From: Eledone cirrhosa | Lineage: Eukaryota | Direction: 5' to 3' | Assembly (NCBI GenBank): GCA_964016885.1 | Contig: CAXHJY010000861.1 | Coordinates: 62,001 to 126,000 of the forward strand | DNA length: 64,000 nt | Part shown: piece after piece, positions 25,901 to 38,389 of the stretch | Position numbering within the stretch: the stretch's first letter is position 1 | Layout of the letters: each line of letters starts with the position of its first letter | The notes under the pieces: model-generated | What the model saw: the letters and a program-made list of their open reading frames with translations, nothing else | What the model was told of the DNA's origin: nothing | Databases searched by the model: none | Made by a program: the position numbers and the translations under genes

Positions 25901-26820
25901 GATATCTACTGTTAGGAAGGATATCTACTGTTAGGAAGGATATCCACTGTTAAGAAGGATATCCACTGTTAGGAAGGATATCTACTGTTAGGAAGGATAT
26001 CCACTGTTAAGAAGGATAGCCACTGTTAAGAAGGATATCCACTGTTAGGAAGGATATCTACTGTTAGGAAGGATAGCCACTGTTAAGAAGGATATCCACT
26101 GTTAGGAAGGATATCTACTGTTAGGAAGGATAGCCACTGTTAGGAAGGATAGCCACTGTTAGGAAGGATATCTACTGTTAAGAAGGATATCCACTGTTAG
26201 GCAGGATATCCACTGTTAGGAAGGATATCCACTGTTAGGAAGGATATCTACTGTTAAGAAGGATATCCACTGTTAGGAAGGATATCTACTGTTAGGAAGG
26301 ATATCTACTGTTAGGAAGGATATACACTGTTAGGGAGAATATCTACTGTGAGGAAGGATATCTACTGTTAGGAAGGATATCTCGTGTTGGGAAGGATATC
26401 TACTGTTAGGAAGGATATCCACTGTTAGTAAGGATATCCACTGTTAGGAAGGATATCCACTGTTAGTAAGGATATCCACTGTTAGGAAGGATATCCACTG
26501 TTAGTAAGGATATCTACTGTTAGGAAGGATATATCGTGTTGGGAAGGATATACACTGTTAGGGAGAATATCTACTGTTATGAATGATATCCACTGTGAGG
26601 AAGGATATCTACTGTTAGGAAGGATATCTCGTGTTGGGAAGGATATCTACTGTTAGGAAGGATATCCACTGTTAGTAAGGATATCCACTGTTAGGAAGGA
26701 TATCCACTGTTAGTAAGGATATCTACTGTTAGGAAGGATATCTCGTGTTGGGAAGGATATACACTGTTAGGGAGAATATCTACTGTTATGAATGATATCC
26801 ACTGTGAGGAAGGATATCCA
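22956..26820. repeat. 19-bp tandem satellite (about 200 units, ggatat(c/g)(t/c)actgtta(g/a)gaa)
   Basis: Continuous 19-bp period, with higher-order duplications near 26330-26820. Confidence 0.97.
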
Positions 26821-26888
26821 TGCCTTAAAATGGCAGCTAGAAGCAAGACAAATGACTCATTACAGTTCCCGGTGACAGTTAATCCTAC

Positions 26889-27224
26889 TATACAGGTGTA
26901 CTGGGTTGTATGAATGTAACAAGGAGACATGGTTTGTGTGTATAATATTTAATCAACAATTTAACAGTATAGTTGACATGTCAATGAATAAACGAAAGAA
27001 TGAAGCAAAGTTAGTAGTTACCGTTTTGATTGCCAGGCAAACGCAGGCTGGCAGAAGACGCCTGGCGAAGGCCAGGCGCCGGAAGGGCAAATGAGAGAAT
27101 GAGAACTTAAAGTTGTTAGTTTTATAGGGTTCTGACCGGAAGTTACAGAAAGGGTTTTACTTCCCGTCTAGATGTTGTTAATCTATTGGGGTTGTGAGTC
27201 ACAACAAGGGACGCAACTGCTACA
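26889..27224 (-). mobile_element. Solo LTR (336 bp)
   Basis: TGTAGCAGTTGCGTCCCTTGTTGTGAC...GTATA on -; TSD ctac at 26885-26888 and 27225-27228; homologous to 43347-43748. Confidence 0.8.
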
Positions 27225-27747
27225 CTACTTTCACTATAGAACTCTGCTGATCTTTCGTTATATTCTTTTATGGAAAAGTTTTGTGGATTAAATCCTAAAA
27301 TGAAATCTGGATGTTTAATGTTGAAATATCAGTTATTATGTCTAGATGCTATAGTGTAGATTACTGATGAGTTTATACATAGGGTGTGTCTTGGCCATCA
27401 TCTCTCCTGCTCTAAATACAACAAATTTCTGCCAAAGAGAGAGGAAGTGAAAAAGAGATATAGAGGAAGAATCAACCCATGTACATAGCTGGTACTTATT
27501 TTTATCAATTTGAAAAGGATGAAAGGCAAAGTTGACCTTTGTGGAATTTGAACTCAGAGAGTGCAGAGTTATAACAAATACTGCAAATTATTTTCTCCAA
27601 TAATCTAACGTTAACCTGCTTCACCACACTACTACAAGTACCACTGCCAGATAATTAGTATTGCTTTCATCAAACTGTTTAGTCAGACTATGAAGGACAG
27701 TGCCCATGTCTAGTTTCAGGACCTCTGAGACTAAAAGGGTGAAAGTA

Positions 27748-28086
27748 TCATCATCATCATCATCATCATCATCATTTTACGTCCGCTTTTCCCTGCTTGC
27801 AAGGGTGGGACAGGAACTGATTCTGGCTGGATGCCCTTCCTAACACCAACCTCATTTACAGTGAGTGCTGGCTGCTTTTTTTTTCCGTGGCACCTACAAG
27901 ACCACTTTGCAGTGGAATGATAGGGACCCCAGTCCCTATCATCTCATTTCTACAGCTGAGTAAACTGGAGTAATGTGAAATAAAGTGTCTTGCTCAAGGA
28001 AACAACACATCACCCGGTCTGAGAATTGAACTCACAACCTGTCGATTGCAAGGCCAATGCTCTAACCACTAAGCCAAATGCCTCCA
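27748..28086 (-). mobile_element. tRNA-derived CORE-like SINE with RTE-type tail
   Basis: A box tggcttagtgg, B box gagttcaattc, central tccttgagcaagacactt, (GAT)n tail; second copy at 33816-34160. Confidence 0.85.
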
Positions 28087-28122
28087 TATCTGCAAATTAA
28101 AGACCTGATATCCTTTTAACAG

Positions 28123-28199
28123 AGGACTTTGTTAAAGGTATCCAAATGCAAGATGGCAGTGTTAAGCTGGACAGCAGATTACATCTACCTAATGCCCAA
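28123..28199 (+). CDS. SKA3: Probable SKA3 exon (EDFVKGIQMQDGSVKLDSRLHLPNAQ)
   Basis: ttttaacag acceptor and gtaagt donor; phase 1 in and phase 0 out; open frame. Confidence 0.6.
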
Positions 28200-28373
28200 G
28201 TAAGTCAGAATTTTAAGAAATACTTCACAATGAGGCACTGATGCTAGCCCACCACATCACTACTTTAACACATACTATATATATATATAAGCTGAGAAAT
28301 ATGTGGTGGGTGTTTGGCTTTATTTGAGGTCAATATTTTGTTGATTTTCACCAGTAAATGAGGTGCTAAAATA

Positions 28374-28942
28374 TTTTCACTTTGGAGGTGAATATTACAC
28401 TGGTTTCACTTTGGAGGGGAATATTACACCTGTTTCACTTTGGAGGTGAATATTACACCTGTTTCACTTTCATCATCATTTTATGTCCGCTTTTCCCTGC
28501 TTGCAAAGGTGGGTCGGGTTTTATTCAGCACAGCATCTCTCCACTTGCCATGGTCCTTCGTCATCTCCACCGTGAGCTTCAGCGATCTGAGGTCTGTCCT
28601 CACCACCACCGCTCATGTTTTTCGTGGTCTACCTCTACCATGTCTTCCTTCAACTGGCATTTCCTGGCACTTCTTCACCCATCGGTCATGCTCCATGCGC
28701 ATCACATGTCCATACCACCGCAGTCTCTTCTCTCGCACACTACATTCTATCCCTCTCAGACACAGTTTCTCTCTCAACACATCCATGCTAGGTCGTTCAA
28801 GCACATTGACATTGCACATCCAACACAGCATGTTTGCCTCATTTGGAGGTGAATATTACACCTGTTTCACTTTGGAGGTGAATATTACACCTGTTTTACT
28901 TTGGAGTTGATTATTACACCTGTTTCACATTGGAGGTGAAAT
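28374..28942. repeat. 29-bp minisatellite (tttcactttggaggtgaatattacacctg) interrupted by an RTE 3' fragment (about 28470-28840, -)
   Basis: About 3 units on each side of a segment encoding LRWYGHVMRM..GRGRPRKT. Confidence 0.8.
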
Positions 28943-29046
28943 TCTATGGATACATAAAAGATGTAATGGCATCACAGGTAAGCTATCTAAGAATGTAGAT
29001 TTTATATGTGGCCGATGCTCAGGTGCAGTAAGTAGCAAGGGCCCAC

Positions 29047-29703
29047 CTGACATGACATCTATCTTTTTCGTGATTGACCTTTGAGGATCTTCAATTTTCA
29101 TGATACTTTGTTTCATGTGGGGAGACCACAGTGGACAACAGTATTCAAGGTGGGGTAGGGCAAAAGTGGAGAAGAGAAGGATAACAGTGTGGATATCTCT
29201 CGACTGGAAGGTTCTGAGAATCCAGGAACTCATTCTGCGGGCCATGTCAACTTTGTTGTTTATGAGTGGCCCAGCTTATGTTGTTGTCCACAATTACTCC
29301 CAAGTCTCTGATGTTGTTGGATGCCACGAGAGTTTCACCTGAAGGAAGAGAGTATGGTAGTTTCAGAGCATCCTCTTTTCCAAAGTGGATTAACTCATAT
29401 TTATCCTCATTCAGCAGCATATTGTTCTTTCCTGCCCATTGGATAACAGCCAGTATGTCTGACTGGAGGATGTCAGGTCACCCACTTCATTGATGACCTG
29501 GAGCTTGGTATCATCTGCAAAGATTCTAATGTTGCTGTGTTTGATGATATCAGTAATGTCATTAATGTAGATGATGAAAAGAAGTGGGTCCAACACAGTG
29601 CCTTGTGGGACGCCACTGCTGACTTTGGCAGGGCTTGATTTTTCTCCTTCGACTACAACATTTTGGCGTCTGTTGGACAGGAAACACTTGATCCACTGTA
29701 GCA
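29047..29703 (-). mobile_element. CR1-clade LINE RT fragment (older family)
   Basis: SGVPQGTVLDPLLFIIYIND, IFADDTK and PHLEYCCPLWSPH. Confidence 0.85.
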
Positions 29704-29757
29704 TATGTGTGTGTGTGTGTGTGTGTGTATATATACATATATATATATATGTATGTA

Positions 29758-30285
29758 ATGTCAGGTCGCTCTCGAGTGCTACTGGTAACATGTAACCCAG
29801 TACAACCTGTCTCATGGTCCGGTCGTCGGCGACTAAACCAGCCACCCCATCAAGCTTACTTGGTGACGAGGGTGATATTTGGACACCCTACAGGATGAAA
29901 TACAAGACCCGGCAAAGGGTGGAGGAACTCAGCAGAGTCAACGGCCATCCAAATAGTACTTTTTTTTTCCCCACATTGCAGTGAAAGGCCCCCAGTTGTC
30001 AGAACACCTTTCTAGGAGATGGAAACTTTGAAAAGAAACCTGCGGCTTCGGAAGCATCCGATGATGTTGACCAGTCCTCCTTTTCGGGTAGTGTTTTCGA
30101 TGCTCAAAGTGCGGGGTTGGTTGAGTGCAAGGCCTTTCTCCACTTTAAAAACCCCTTCAAAGCACAGGTATTGCTTGTTCAGGTTATGTTACAGGTTCGT
30201 GTGGCTGGCTGTAGCCTAAAAGTGCACCAAACTCTATAATCTGACAAGTGATTGCAATACTTTTAGCAGAGTTTGCAGCCATCAT
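29758..30285 (+). mobile_element. Short bipartite RTE-derived element, copy 1
   Basis: Homologous end to end with 34483-35075; RTE 5'UTR-like ctaggagatggaaact and 3' end gagtttgcagccatcat. Confidence 0.55.
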
Positions 30286-30296
30286 GTATATGTATG

Positions 30297-30329
<33 letters not shown>

Positions 30330-30544
30330 GTATGTGTGTGTATATATATATATGTATGTATGTATGTGTGTGTATATATATATATGTGTGTATGTATGTA
30401 TGTGTGTGTATATATATATATGTGTGTATGTATGTATGTGTGTGTATATATATATATGTGTGTATGTATGTATGTGTGTGTATATATATATGTGTGTATA
30501 TATATATATGTGTGTGTGTGTATGTATGTATGTATATATATATA

Positions 30545-30577
<33 letters not shown>

Positions 30578-30584
30578 GTGTGTG

Positions 30585-30629
<45 letters not shown>

Positions 30630-30700
30630 GTATGTGTGTATATATATATATATGTATGTATATATATAAATGTATGTATATATATGCATGTGTATATATC
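30286..30700. repeat. (TA/TG/TATG)n compound microsatellite
   Basis: Direct reading; similar tracts at 33646-33815, 34160-34482 and 35076-35154. Confidence 0.95.
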
Positions 30701-33093
30701 ATTATCATCATCATCATCATCATTTTACGTCCGCTTTTCCCTGCTTGCAAGGGTTGGACGGGTCCTATTCAGCACAGCATCTCTCCACTTGTCACGGTCT
30801 TTCGTCATCTTGGTGAGTTTCAGCGATCTGAGGTCTGCTCACACCACCTCCACCCATGTTTTTCGTGGTCTACCTCTACTGTGTCTTCCTTCAACTGGCA
30901 TTTCTTGGCATTTCTTCACCCATCGGTCATCCTCCATGCGCATCACATGACCATACCACCGCAGTCTCCTCTCTCGCACACTACATTCTATCCCACTCAG
31001 ACACAGTTTCTCTCTCAACACATCCATGCTGGGTCGTTCACGGACATTGACATTGCACATCCAACGGAGCATGCTTGCCTCAAAATCTCTCCAGCCGTTG
31101 CATATCCTCTGTAGTTGCTGCCCATGTCTCACTACCATGCAGCATCGCGCATCTCACACAGCCATCATATAACTGGCCTTTCGTACGCTGGGAGAAACCC
31201 TTCTTTGACAAGAAAGGAAGCAGCTCCCTAAACTTCTTCCAACCTGTCCTTATTCTAGATACTATGGCCTCGGACCCCCCCCCCCCTCCCATGCTAATCT
31301 GATCACCTAAGTACCGGAAGCTATCAACCACTTCTATAGAACCTGCCTGCATTGGAAAAAATGTGTTGTGTCTATCATTGCGATTACTACTGCCAACTTT
31401 CCCTGTACATCTACTGCATACGTAGTTTTCCCTACCTGTTAGTTTGCCTGCTGTCCCACTACATCTCTTGTGAACCCAAGATCTGCATTGCGTACATTTT
31501 ATGGAATTTATGCCAGTTCCTTTCCTACATATCGAACATGGCCATTTCCCTGATGGAATCCGAGTATTGTCCTCTCTTCTACTTATCAACACTTTTGTCT
31601 TAGCTATGTTCACTCTCAGTCCTCTTGATTCCAACTGTTGTTTCCATAGCCAGAATTTATTCTCTAGCTCCTCTACTGATTCTGCTATAAGAACCAGATC
31701 ATCAGCATAAAGAAGTTCCCATGGGCATCCAGTCTTAAACTCCTCTGTTATGGCTTGGAGGGCTATAATGAACAAGAGTGGGCTGAGGACCGAACCCTGA
31801 TGTACACCTACTTGTATCTGGAATTCCTCACTAAACTCCATTCCTATTCTCACTTTACTGACAGTACCCCTATACATAGCTTGTACTGTCCTCACAAGCC
31901 ATTCCTCTACACCTAGTTTCCTTAGGACCACCAGATGACAGATTGGGGTACCCTATCAAAGGCCTTCTCTAGGTCAACAAAAGCTAAGTATAGTGGCTTA
32001 TTCTTCTCTAAGAACCTCTCTTGTAGTTGCCTCACTAAGAAGAGGGCATCTGTTGTACTTTTCCCAGGCACAAAACCAAACTGCATCTCATCTAATTTGA
32101 CCCTTTCTCTAATCAGTTGCGCTAATATTCTCTCTGCCACTTTCATAACCTGATCCATCAGCTTTATGCCCCTATAATTGCTACCTTTGTAGCAATTTAT
32201 GAGAATACTGCTGCACCAGTCTTTGGGTATAACACCACCATATGTAACTTGATTGATGATGCATGCAACCAGTTTAATGCCTATGTCCAATGATGCCTTC
32301 AACATCTCAGCAACTATCCCCGATGGTCCAGCAGCCTTACCATTTCTTTAATTGCCTCTTGGACCCTATATTCATCAATCTCAATAGCTGGTCCCCCTGT
32401 TGGGTCTACTGGGGGTAATTTCTCTCTGTTCCATTCGTTCTCCACATTCATCAGTCTCTCATAGTGACATTTCCAGGCCTCCTTTTTTTTATCATTCGTG
32501 ACACTTAGTACACCGGCATCATTCCGGACACATTTATCTCCAACAACATCCTGATTTGCACTGTCACACTGCCTTGCAACGCGGAACACTGCACATCTCT
32601 GATCTTCCCATCACAGAACATTGGCAAACCTCCTACTCTCAGCCTCCCTGCGTACTAAGTACACCTGACGTCTAGCTTCTCTCTTAGCGGCTGTGTATCC
32701 TTCCCTACTCCCACCATTTTTCCAAGCCTTCCATGCTAGTCTTTTGTGTCTAATGGCCCTATCTACCGTGCTGTCCCACCACCAGGTCACTCTCTATCTG
32801 GTTGAAGCTCTGCCCCAACCACAAGTTTCTTCAGTAGCCTGCAGTAAGTTATCATCTATGTCATACAAATCTAAATCGTCTTCTTTTTCGTCATACACAT
32901 CTTGAAGGGCTTTCCTAAATTTATATTTTAATGAAAGGTCTTTTAGCTTCCGGACCTTTCTTTTCCACACCTTCCTGTATGTTTCATTCTTTCTCTTGCT
33001 TACTGAGATATCACTAACGACTAACCTATGCTGTGGGGTACATTCTTCCCCAGGGTAAGCCTCAGTATTTGACACAATCTCTCTGTCTCGCTG
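30701..33093 (-). mobile_element. 5'-truncated RTE LINE (distinct subfamily with short 3' UTR)
   Basis: ORF pieces 32794-33075, 32314-32589, 31922-32305, 31080-31931 (LYADD, PHD-like Cys cluster) and 30839-31138; (GAT)n tail. Confidence 0.92.
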
Positions 33094-33137
33094 TATATAT
33101 ATATGTATGTATATATATATATATATATACAGTAGTA

Positions 33138-33645
33138 TAAATACAAAGTAAAAACCTACTACAGTCAGTAGGCATCTCTATCAAAACACCCCCCCCCGTC
33201 CCACCACCTCCACCCCATCCACACCGCCCCTTTCAATGTAAAGTTATGTTGGTCCCACAACATCCAGGCCGAAACAAATGAGATCGTGTAGGTGTCACGA
33301 CAAAAAAACACACAGTCCACGCTGTAAATGTGGCCGTGTAGGCAACACGGTAAAAACCTCCCAGCCCCACACTGTAAATGTGGTTGGTGTTAGGAAGGGC
33401 ATCCAGCTGTAGAAAACCCGCCAGACAGTCCACGCTGTAATGTGGCCGTGTAGGCAACACGGTAAAAACCTCCCAGCCCCACACTGTAAATGTGGTTGGT
33501 GTTAGGAAGGGCATCCAACTGTAGAAAACCCGCCAGACAGTCCTATGCGAGCAAGACAACCACTCTTGCCGCAAGTGGGAAAACCCCCGTCCAAACCCAT
33601 GCAAGCGTGGAACACGGACGCTAAACCTGATGATGATGATGATGA
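33138..33645 (+). mobile_element. RTE 3'UTR-only copy, nearly identical to 5588-6094
   Basis: Matches from the stop codon (taaatacaaagtaaaaacctact) to the (GAT)n tail with few differences. Confidence 0.92.
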
Positions 33646-33651
33646 TATATG

Positions 33652-33700
<49 letters not shown>

Positions 33701-33815
33701 GTATATATATGTATATATATATATGTATATATATATGTATATATATGTGTATGTATATATATATATATATATATGTGTGTATGTATATATATATATATAC
33801 ATACACACATATATA

Positions 33816-34160
33816 TGGAGGCACATGGCTTAGTGGTTAGAGCATTGGCCTTGCAATCGAAAGGTTGTGAGTTCAATTCTCAGACCGGGTGATGTGTTGT
33901 TTCCTTGAGCAAGACACTTTATTTCAGATTGCTCCAGTTTACTCAGCTGTAGAAATGAGATGATAGGGACTGGGGTCCATATCATTCCACTGCAAAGTGG
34001 TCGTGCAGGTGCCACGGCAAAAAAAAGCACCCGGCACTCACTGTAAATGAGGTTGGTGTTAGGAAGGGCATCCAGCTGTAGAAATCAAGCCAGAATCAGT
34101 TCCCGTCCCACCCTTGCAAGCAGGGAAAAAGCGGACGTAAAAATGAAATGAAAATGAAAT
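33816..34160 (+). mobile_element. tRNA-derived CORE-like SINE with RTE-type tail
   Basis: Pol III A/B boxes, CORE-like tccttgagcaagacactt, and a tail shared with RTE 3' UTRs in this window. Confidence 0.85.
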
Positions 34161-34482
34161 GAATGTGTATGTATATATATGTATATATATATGTGTATGT
34201 ATATATATGTATATATATATGTGTATGTATATATATGTATATATATATGTGTATGTATATATATGTATATATATATGTATGTATATATATGTATATATAT
34301 ATGTGTATGTATATATATATGTATGTATATATATGTATATATATATGTATGTATATATATGTATATATATATGTGTATGTATATATATGTATATATATGT
34401 GTATGTATATATATATGTATATATATGTGTATGTATATATATATGTATATATATGTGTATCTATATATATATGTATATATAT

Positions 34483-35075
34483 GGTGCTACTGGAAACATG
34501 TATCTCAGTACAACCTGTCCCATGGTCGGGTCGTTGGCGACTAAACTGGCAACCCCACCAAGGTTTCTTGGTGAGGAGGGTGACTTTGGACATCCTGCAG
34601 GACTAAAAACAAAACCTGTCAAAGGGCAAAGGAGCTCTTAAAAGTCAATGGCCATCCAAAATCACCGGGAGAGATGACCCCTTAGCCTTTGTCATGGCAG
34701 AATTCTAGGAGAAGGAAAACTCTGATATAACACCTGCAACCCTGATGGTGTCCAATGATGTTGACTTGTTCTTCTTTTTGGTAAATATCATCTTGGTTAA
34801 GAGAGTGGGACTGGCTTTGTGCAGTGCCTTTGCTCACTATAAAAGCTTCACGGCATAGGCATTGCTTTATATCTGGAGATCTCTCTGCACTTGTCATTAC
34901 ATGGTACCATGGGCCCAGCACTGTGTCAATAATTGTTACAAGTGTAGTGTTTGTACCAGAGTTTTCAAGTCGCTGGCTGGACTAAAAAGTCACACTCGTT
35001 CAGCGCATCGGTAGGGGTTCTCCTACATGGATATAAAGTAGTGGCCGTACTCGAAAACGAGTTGGCAGCCACCAT
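34483..35075 (+). mobile_element. Short bipartite RTE-derived element, copy 2, retaining a C2H2 finger remnant
   Basis: ctaggagaaggaaaactctga (RTE 5'UTR-like), then YKCSVCTRVFKSLAGLKSHTRSAHR* at 34937-35014 and a short 3' UTR. Confidence 0.6.
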
Positions 35076-35112
35076 ATATATGTGTATATATATGTATGTA
35101 TACATATATGTG

Positions 35113-35147
<35 letters not shown>

Positions 35148-35154
35148 GTGTATA

Positions 35155-38100
35155 TCATCTATAAAAGGCAGATTTTTGTGTCTGTATGTATGTTTCAATT
35201 TTATACATTTACACAATTCCAAAAATATTGAATGAATAATTAAGCAGAATGTTTACAAATATTCTAACTTGGGTCATGGGCGAACTTATTGGGTAAAAAA
35301 TGCCACAATTACGGAAAAATCGATTTATTTCAACAATCGATGATTTCTCCTCTCTCATATGATATACGTTTCCTATATCTACTCCCTTCATCACCTCCCC
35401 TTAAAATTGCTACCTTCTCTTATAAGTGTTTGTGAAAAAGAGAAACATTGAAAAAAAACATATACACACATATATGTGGGTGCATACACACACATATATG
35501 TTGGTATGGTTACGATTGACGTCATAAAAACAGGAACGCGGGAATTTCAATCAATCAATGCATACACAGTTTGTTTTAGAAATAACAATAGCATATAATG
35601 ATAAAGAGGGAGTGAGAAACAAACAGACACACTAAAAGACGGATATATGTGTGTGTGTTTGTATTAGCGCGTTCAAACTCCATTTCGAAGCTGACTTTCA
35701 TTTACTAAACTGTAAGTTTTTCAATCGGCCTTACACTTTCAAACTATATTTTTCTGTATAAGTAACTTTAACCCTTTATTTTCGACATAAAAATATACAC
35801 ATACATACAAATAGCTGTAAATTTTTTTGGGGGCCTTTCTTATCAATCTTTTTACATTCAATTATCAGCCTTATACTTTCAAAGTCAATTTTTAATACAT
35901 ACATACATATACACACATACATACAAATACCTGTCACTTAATTTACACACACATCGGCCTTACACTTTCAAAATAAATTTTTCTTTTCGACATAAAAATA
36001 CACACATACATACAAATACCTGTAAATTTTTTTTTTTGGTCTTTCTTATCAATCTTTTTACATTCAATTATCAGCCTTATACTTTCAAAGTCAATTTTTA
36101 TGTTGAAGTAACTTTCACCCTTTATTTTTCGATACCCATTTACTTACTAACATTTGTATCACAACAACAATAACAATATTCATAAACAGACAGTAGACTT
36201 TCAAAGTCAATTTTTCTGTAGAAGTAACTTTCACTCTTTCTTTTGGACATAAAATGCCACCTAAAAAGAGAAGTCGCCTCAGTCGACATACCGCGTCAGC
36301 AGTGGCGCAAAAGGCTACTATAGCAAACGAGTCCTCTGAGAAAAATGCTTCAAGACTTTCACAGACAGCCTTACGTTCAGCAGAATGTCGAGCCGCTGAA
36401 AGTTTCCAACAGCGCACCGCACGCCTAGCCAAAATGGCTTCATACCAGGCTTCTTCCAGGGCTTCAGAGAGCCGTGAACAAAGGTCGAAGCGCCTGGCTA
36501 GAAACGATGCGACTAATGCTGCTTCCAGGTCTTTGGAACATTTAAAACAACGGACGGCTCGCCTTCCTATGAACGCTGTGGCTATGACTACTTCCATGGC
36601 TTCTGAAGATGCAGACGGGCGGTCCATTAGCATTGCAAATGTTGCTTCTGCTATTGCTGCCAGACCTTCCCACCAACCACACGACCAATGTTCTACGTTC
36701 AAGCGTAACAGTCGAAGGCGAGGAGCTGCACGCGGTGTGACGAGCTCCAACAGCCCTTACTGGCACCTACAGGCTTTCAAGTATGAGCAAAACGTTAATT
36801 ACTCGATGCGCTCTGACATAAATATAGGCGAGATGCGCTTCAATTGCCAATTCTGCAATGCTACAAAGTGGGCTGGGGAGCCACCTGCAATGTGCTGCTT
36901 AAACGGTAAGGTCACCTTGCCTCTCTTCCGGAACCGCCAGAGCCTTTGAAGGAACTACTGACTGGATTTAGTAAAAACTGAGACACCAATATGCAATATC
37001 AGCAAGAGTTCACACAAAGCTCTGGTTCTCAAAAGATGTTGCCTCATTGTTTGGAATGAGTGCACAATGGCACACAAGGGTGCCCTTTAGGCATTGGACA
37101 GGGCCCGGAAAGACATTAGGGATTCTACGGCTCCCATGGGTGGCGTAACCCTTCTGCTATCAGGGGATTTTTGGAAAACGCTGCCTGTTATCCCCAAATG
37201 GACAAGAGCTGATGAAGTGCGTGCCTGTCTTAAGTCGTCCATGTTGTGGCTCCAGGTGAATAGTTTGTACCTGAGCACAAATATGCGTGCTCATTTGCAT
37301 GGTGACAACATGTCTGCAGCACAGAACATTTTAGCACTTGGTGAGGGCAAGATCCCTGCGGATGACAAGGGCGGCATAGCAATCGACACCCTGTGCAACA
37401 TTGTGAGCAGCCCTTCTGACCTTTGGGAAGCAGTTTTTCCTAATGTCTCATCTAACTTTAAAAACCTCGATTGGCTCAGCGAAAGAGCCATCGTTGCTCT
37501 GAAAAATACCATGGTTAATTTTATTAATGAGCAGCTGATTGAGAAGATTCCCGGTAAAGAGCACATCTTCAAATCAGACCCCGACGATATCGTTAATTAT
37601 CTGGTTGAGCCCCCAGGGCTCCCACCTCACATTATTAAGCTTAGGGTTGGCTGTCCCATTATGTTAATAAGGAACTTGCGTCCACTAAAGCAGTGCAACA
37701 GTACTCGCATAGTCGTCAAGTCACTGACACCCACTTGATTGAGGCCACCATTGTAACGGGGTGCGGAAGAGGGGAGAATGTTTTCATTCCAAGGATGAAC
37801 CTTTTCCCCTCGGCATCAGATATCCCGTTCGATTTCAGGCGATCCCAATTCCCGGTGAGACCATGTTTTGCCATGTCCATTAACAAGTCACAAGGGCAAA
37901 CATTGTCGGTGGCGGGCATCCATTTGGGGGAGCCATGCTTCTCCCATGGCCAACTTGCCTGTTCCCGCGCAGGGAGCAGGAATGGACTTTTTGCTTACTC
38001 TCCTCAAGGGATGACACGCAATATCGTCTACAAAGAGGTGCTATAGATGTTGCAGGTGTTGGAGCTATGTCGTCTGGAACACTATTTCCTGGTAGGGTAT

Positions 38101-38357
38101 CCCATGGCGGACAGATCTGACACCCAGCGGCATCAGGGCCACCATCTTGCAACTTTGGTCTACTAAATTCGCTATTGGAAGATTATTAACCCATCATTGA
38201 TTGACCAAAATGCTAATTGGTTCGTAACTTTTAATAACCGGTTCAACTGCTTTATGCACTTAATTGATAAGCTTATTCGCTTTCAAACCACGTTTACCTG
38301 TATGTAACTTTTCATAGCAAATGAACAAACCCGAGCAACGCCAGGCTAAACTGCTAG
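35155..38357 (+). mobile_element. Internally deleted Helitron
   Basis: A|TC 5' end; 3' hairpin cccgagcaacgccagg followed by CTAG|T; no TSD; RepHel remnants. Confidence 0.88.
36254..38046 (+). pseudogene. Helitron RepHel remnant: N-terminal helical repeats + Zn finger fused to a partial PIF1 helicase
   Basis: CQFCNATKWAGE..MCCLNGKV; GGVTLLLSGDF..LPVI; PPGLPPH..LRVGCPIMLIRNL; QFPVRPCFAMSINKSQGQTL. HUH Rep domain and Walker A absent. Confidence 0.88.
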
Positions 38358-38389
38358 TATATATATATATGTATGTATATATATATGTA

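Noticed and set aside
28108-28122. Second U12 intron (tccttttaacag resembles a U12 branch site)
   Set aside because: The matching donor at 22762 is GTAAGT (U2 type) and the motif is too close to the AG.
33816-33890. tRNA gene
   Set aside because: The tRNA-like head continues into a SINE body and RTE tail and has a second copy at 28086; it is a SINE head.
30184-34641. Several Y/I/H/C/V-rich ORFs
   Set aside because: These are translations of TA/TG microsatellites.
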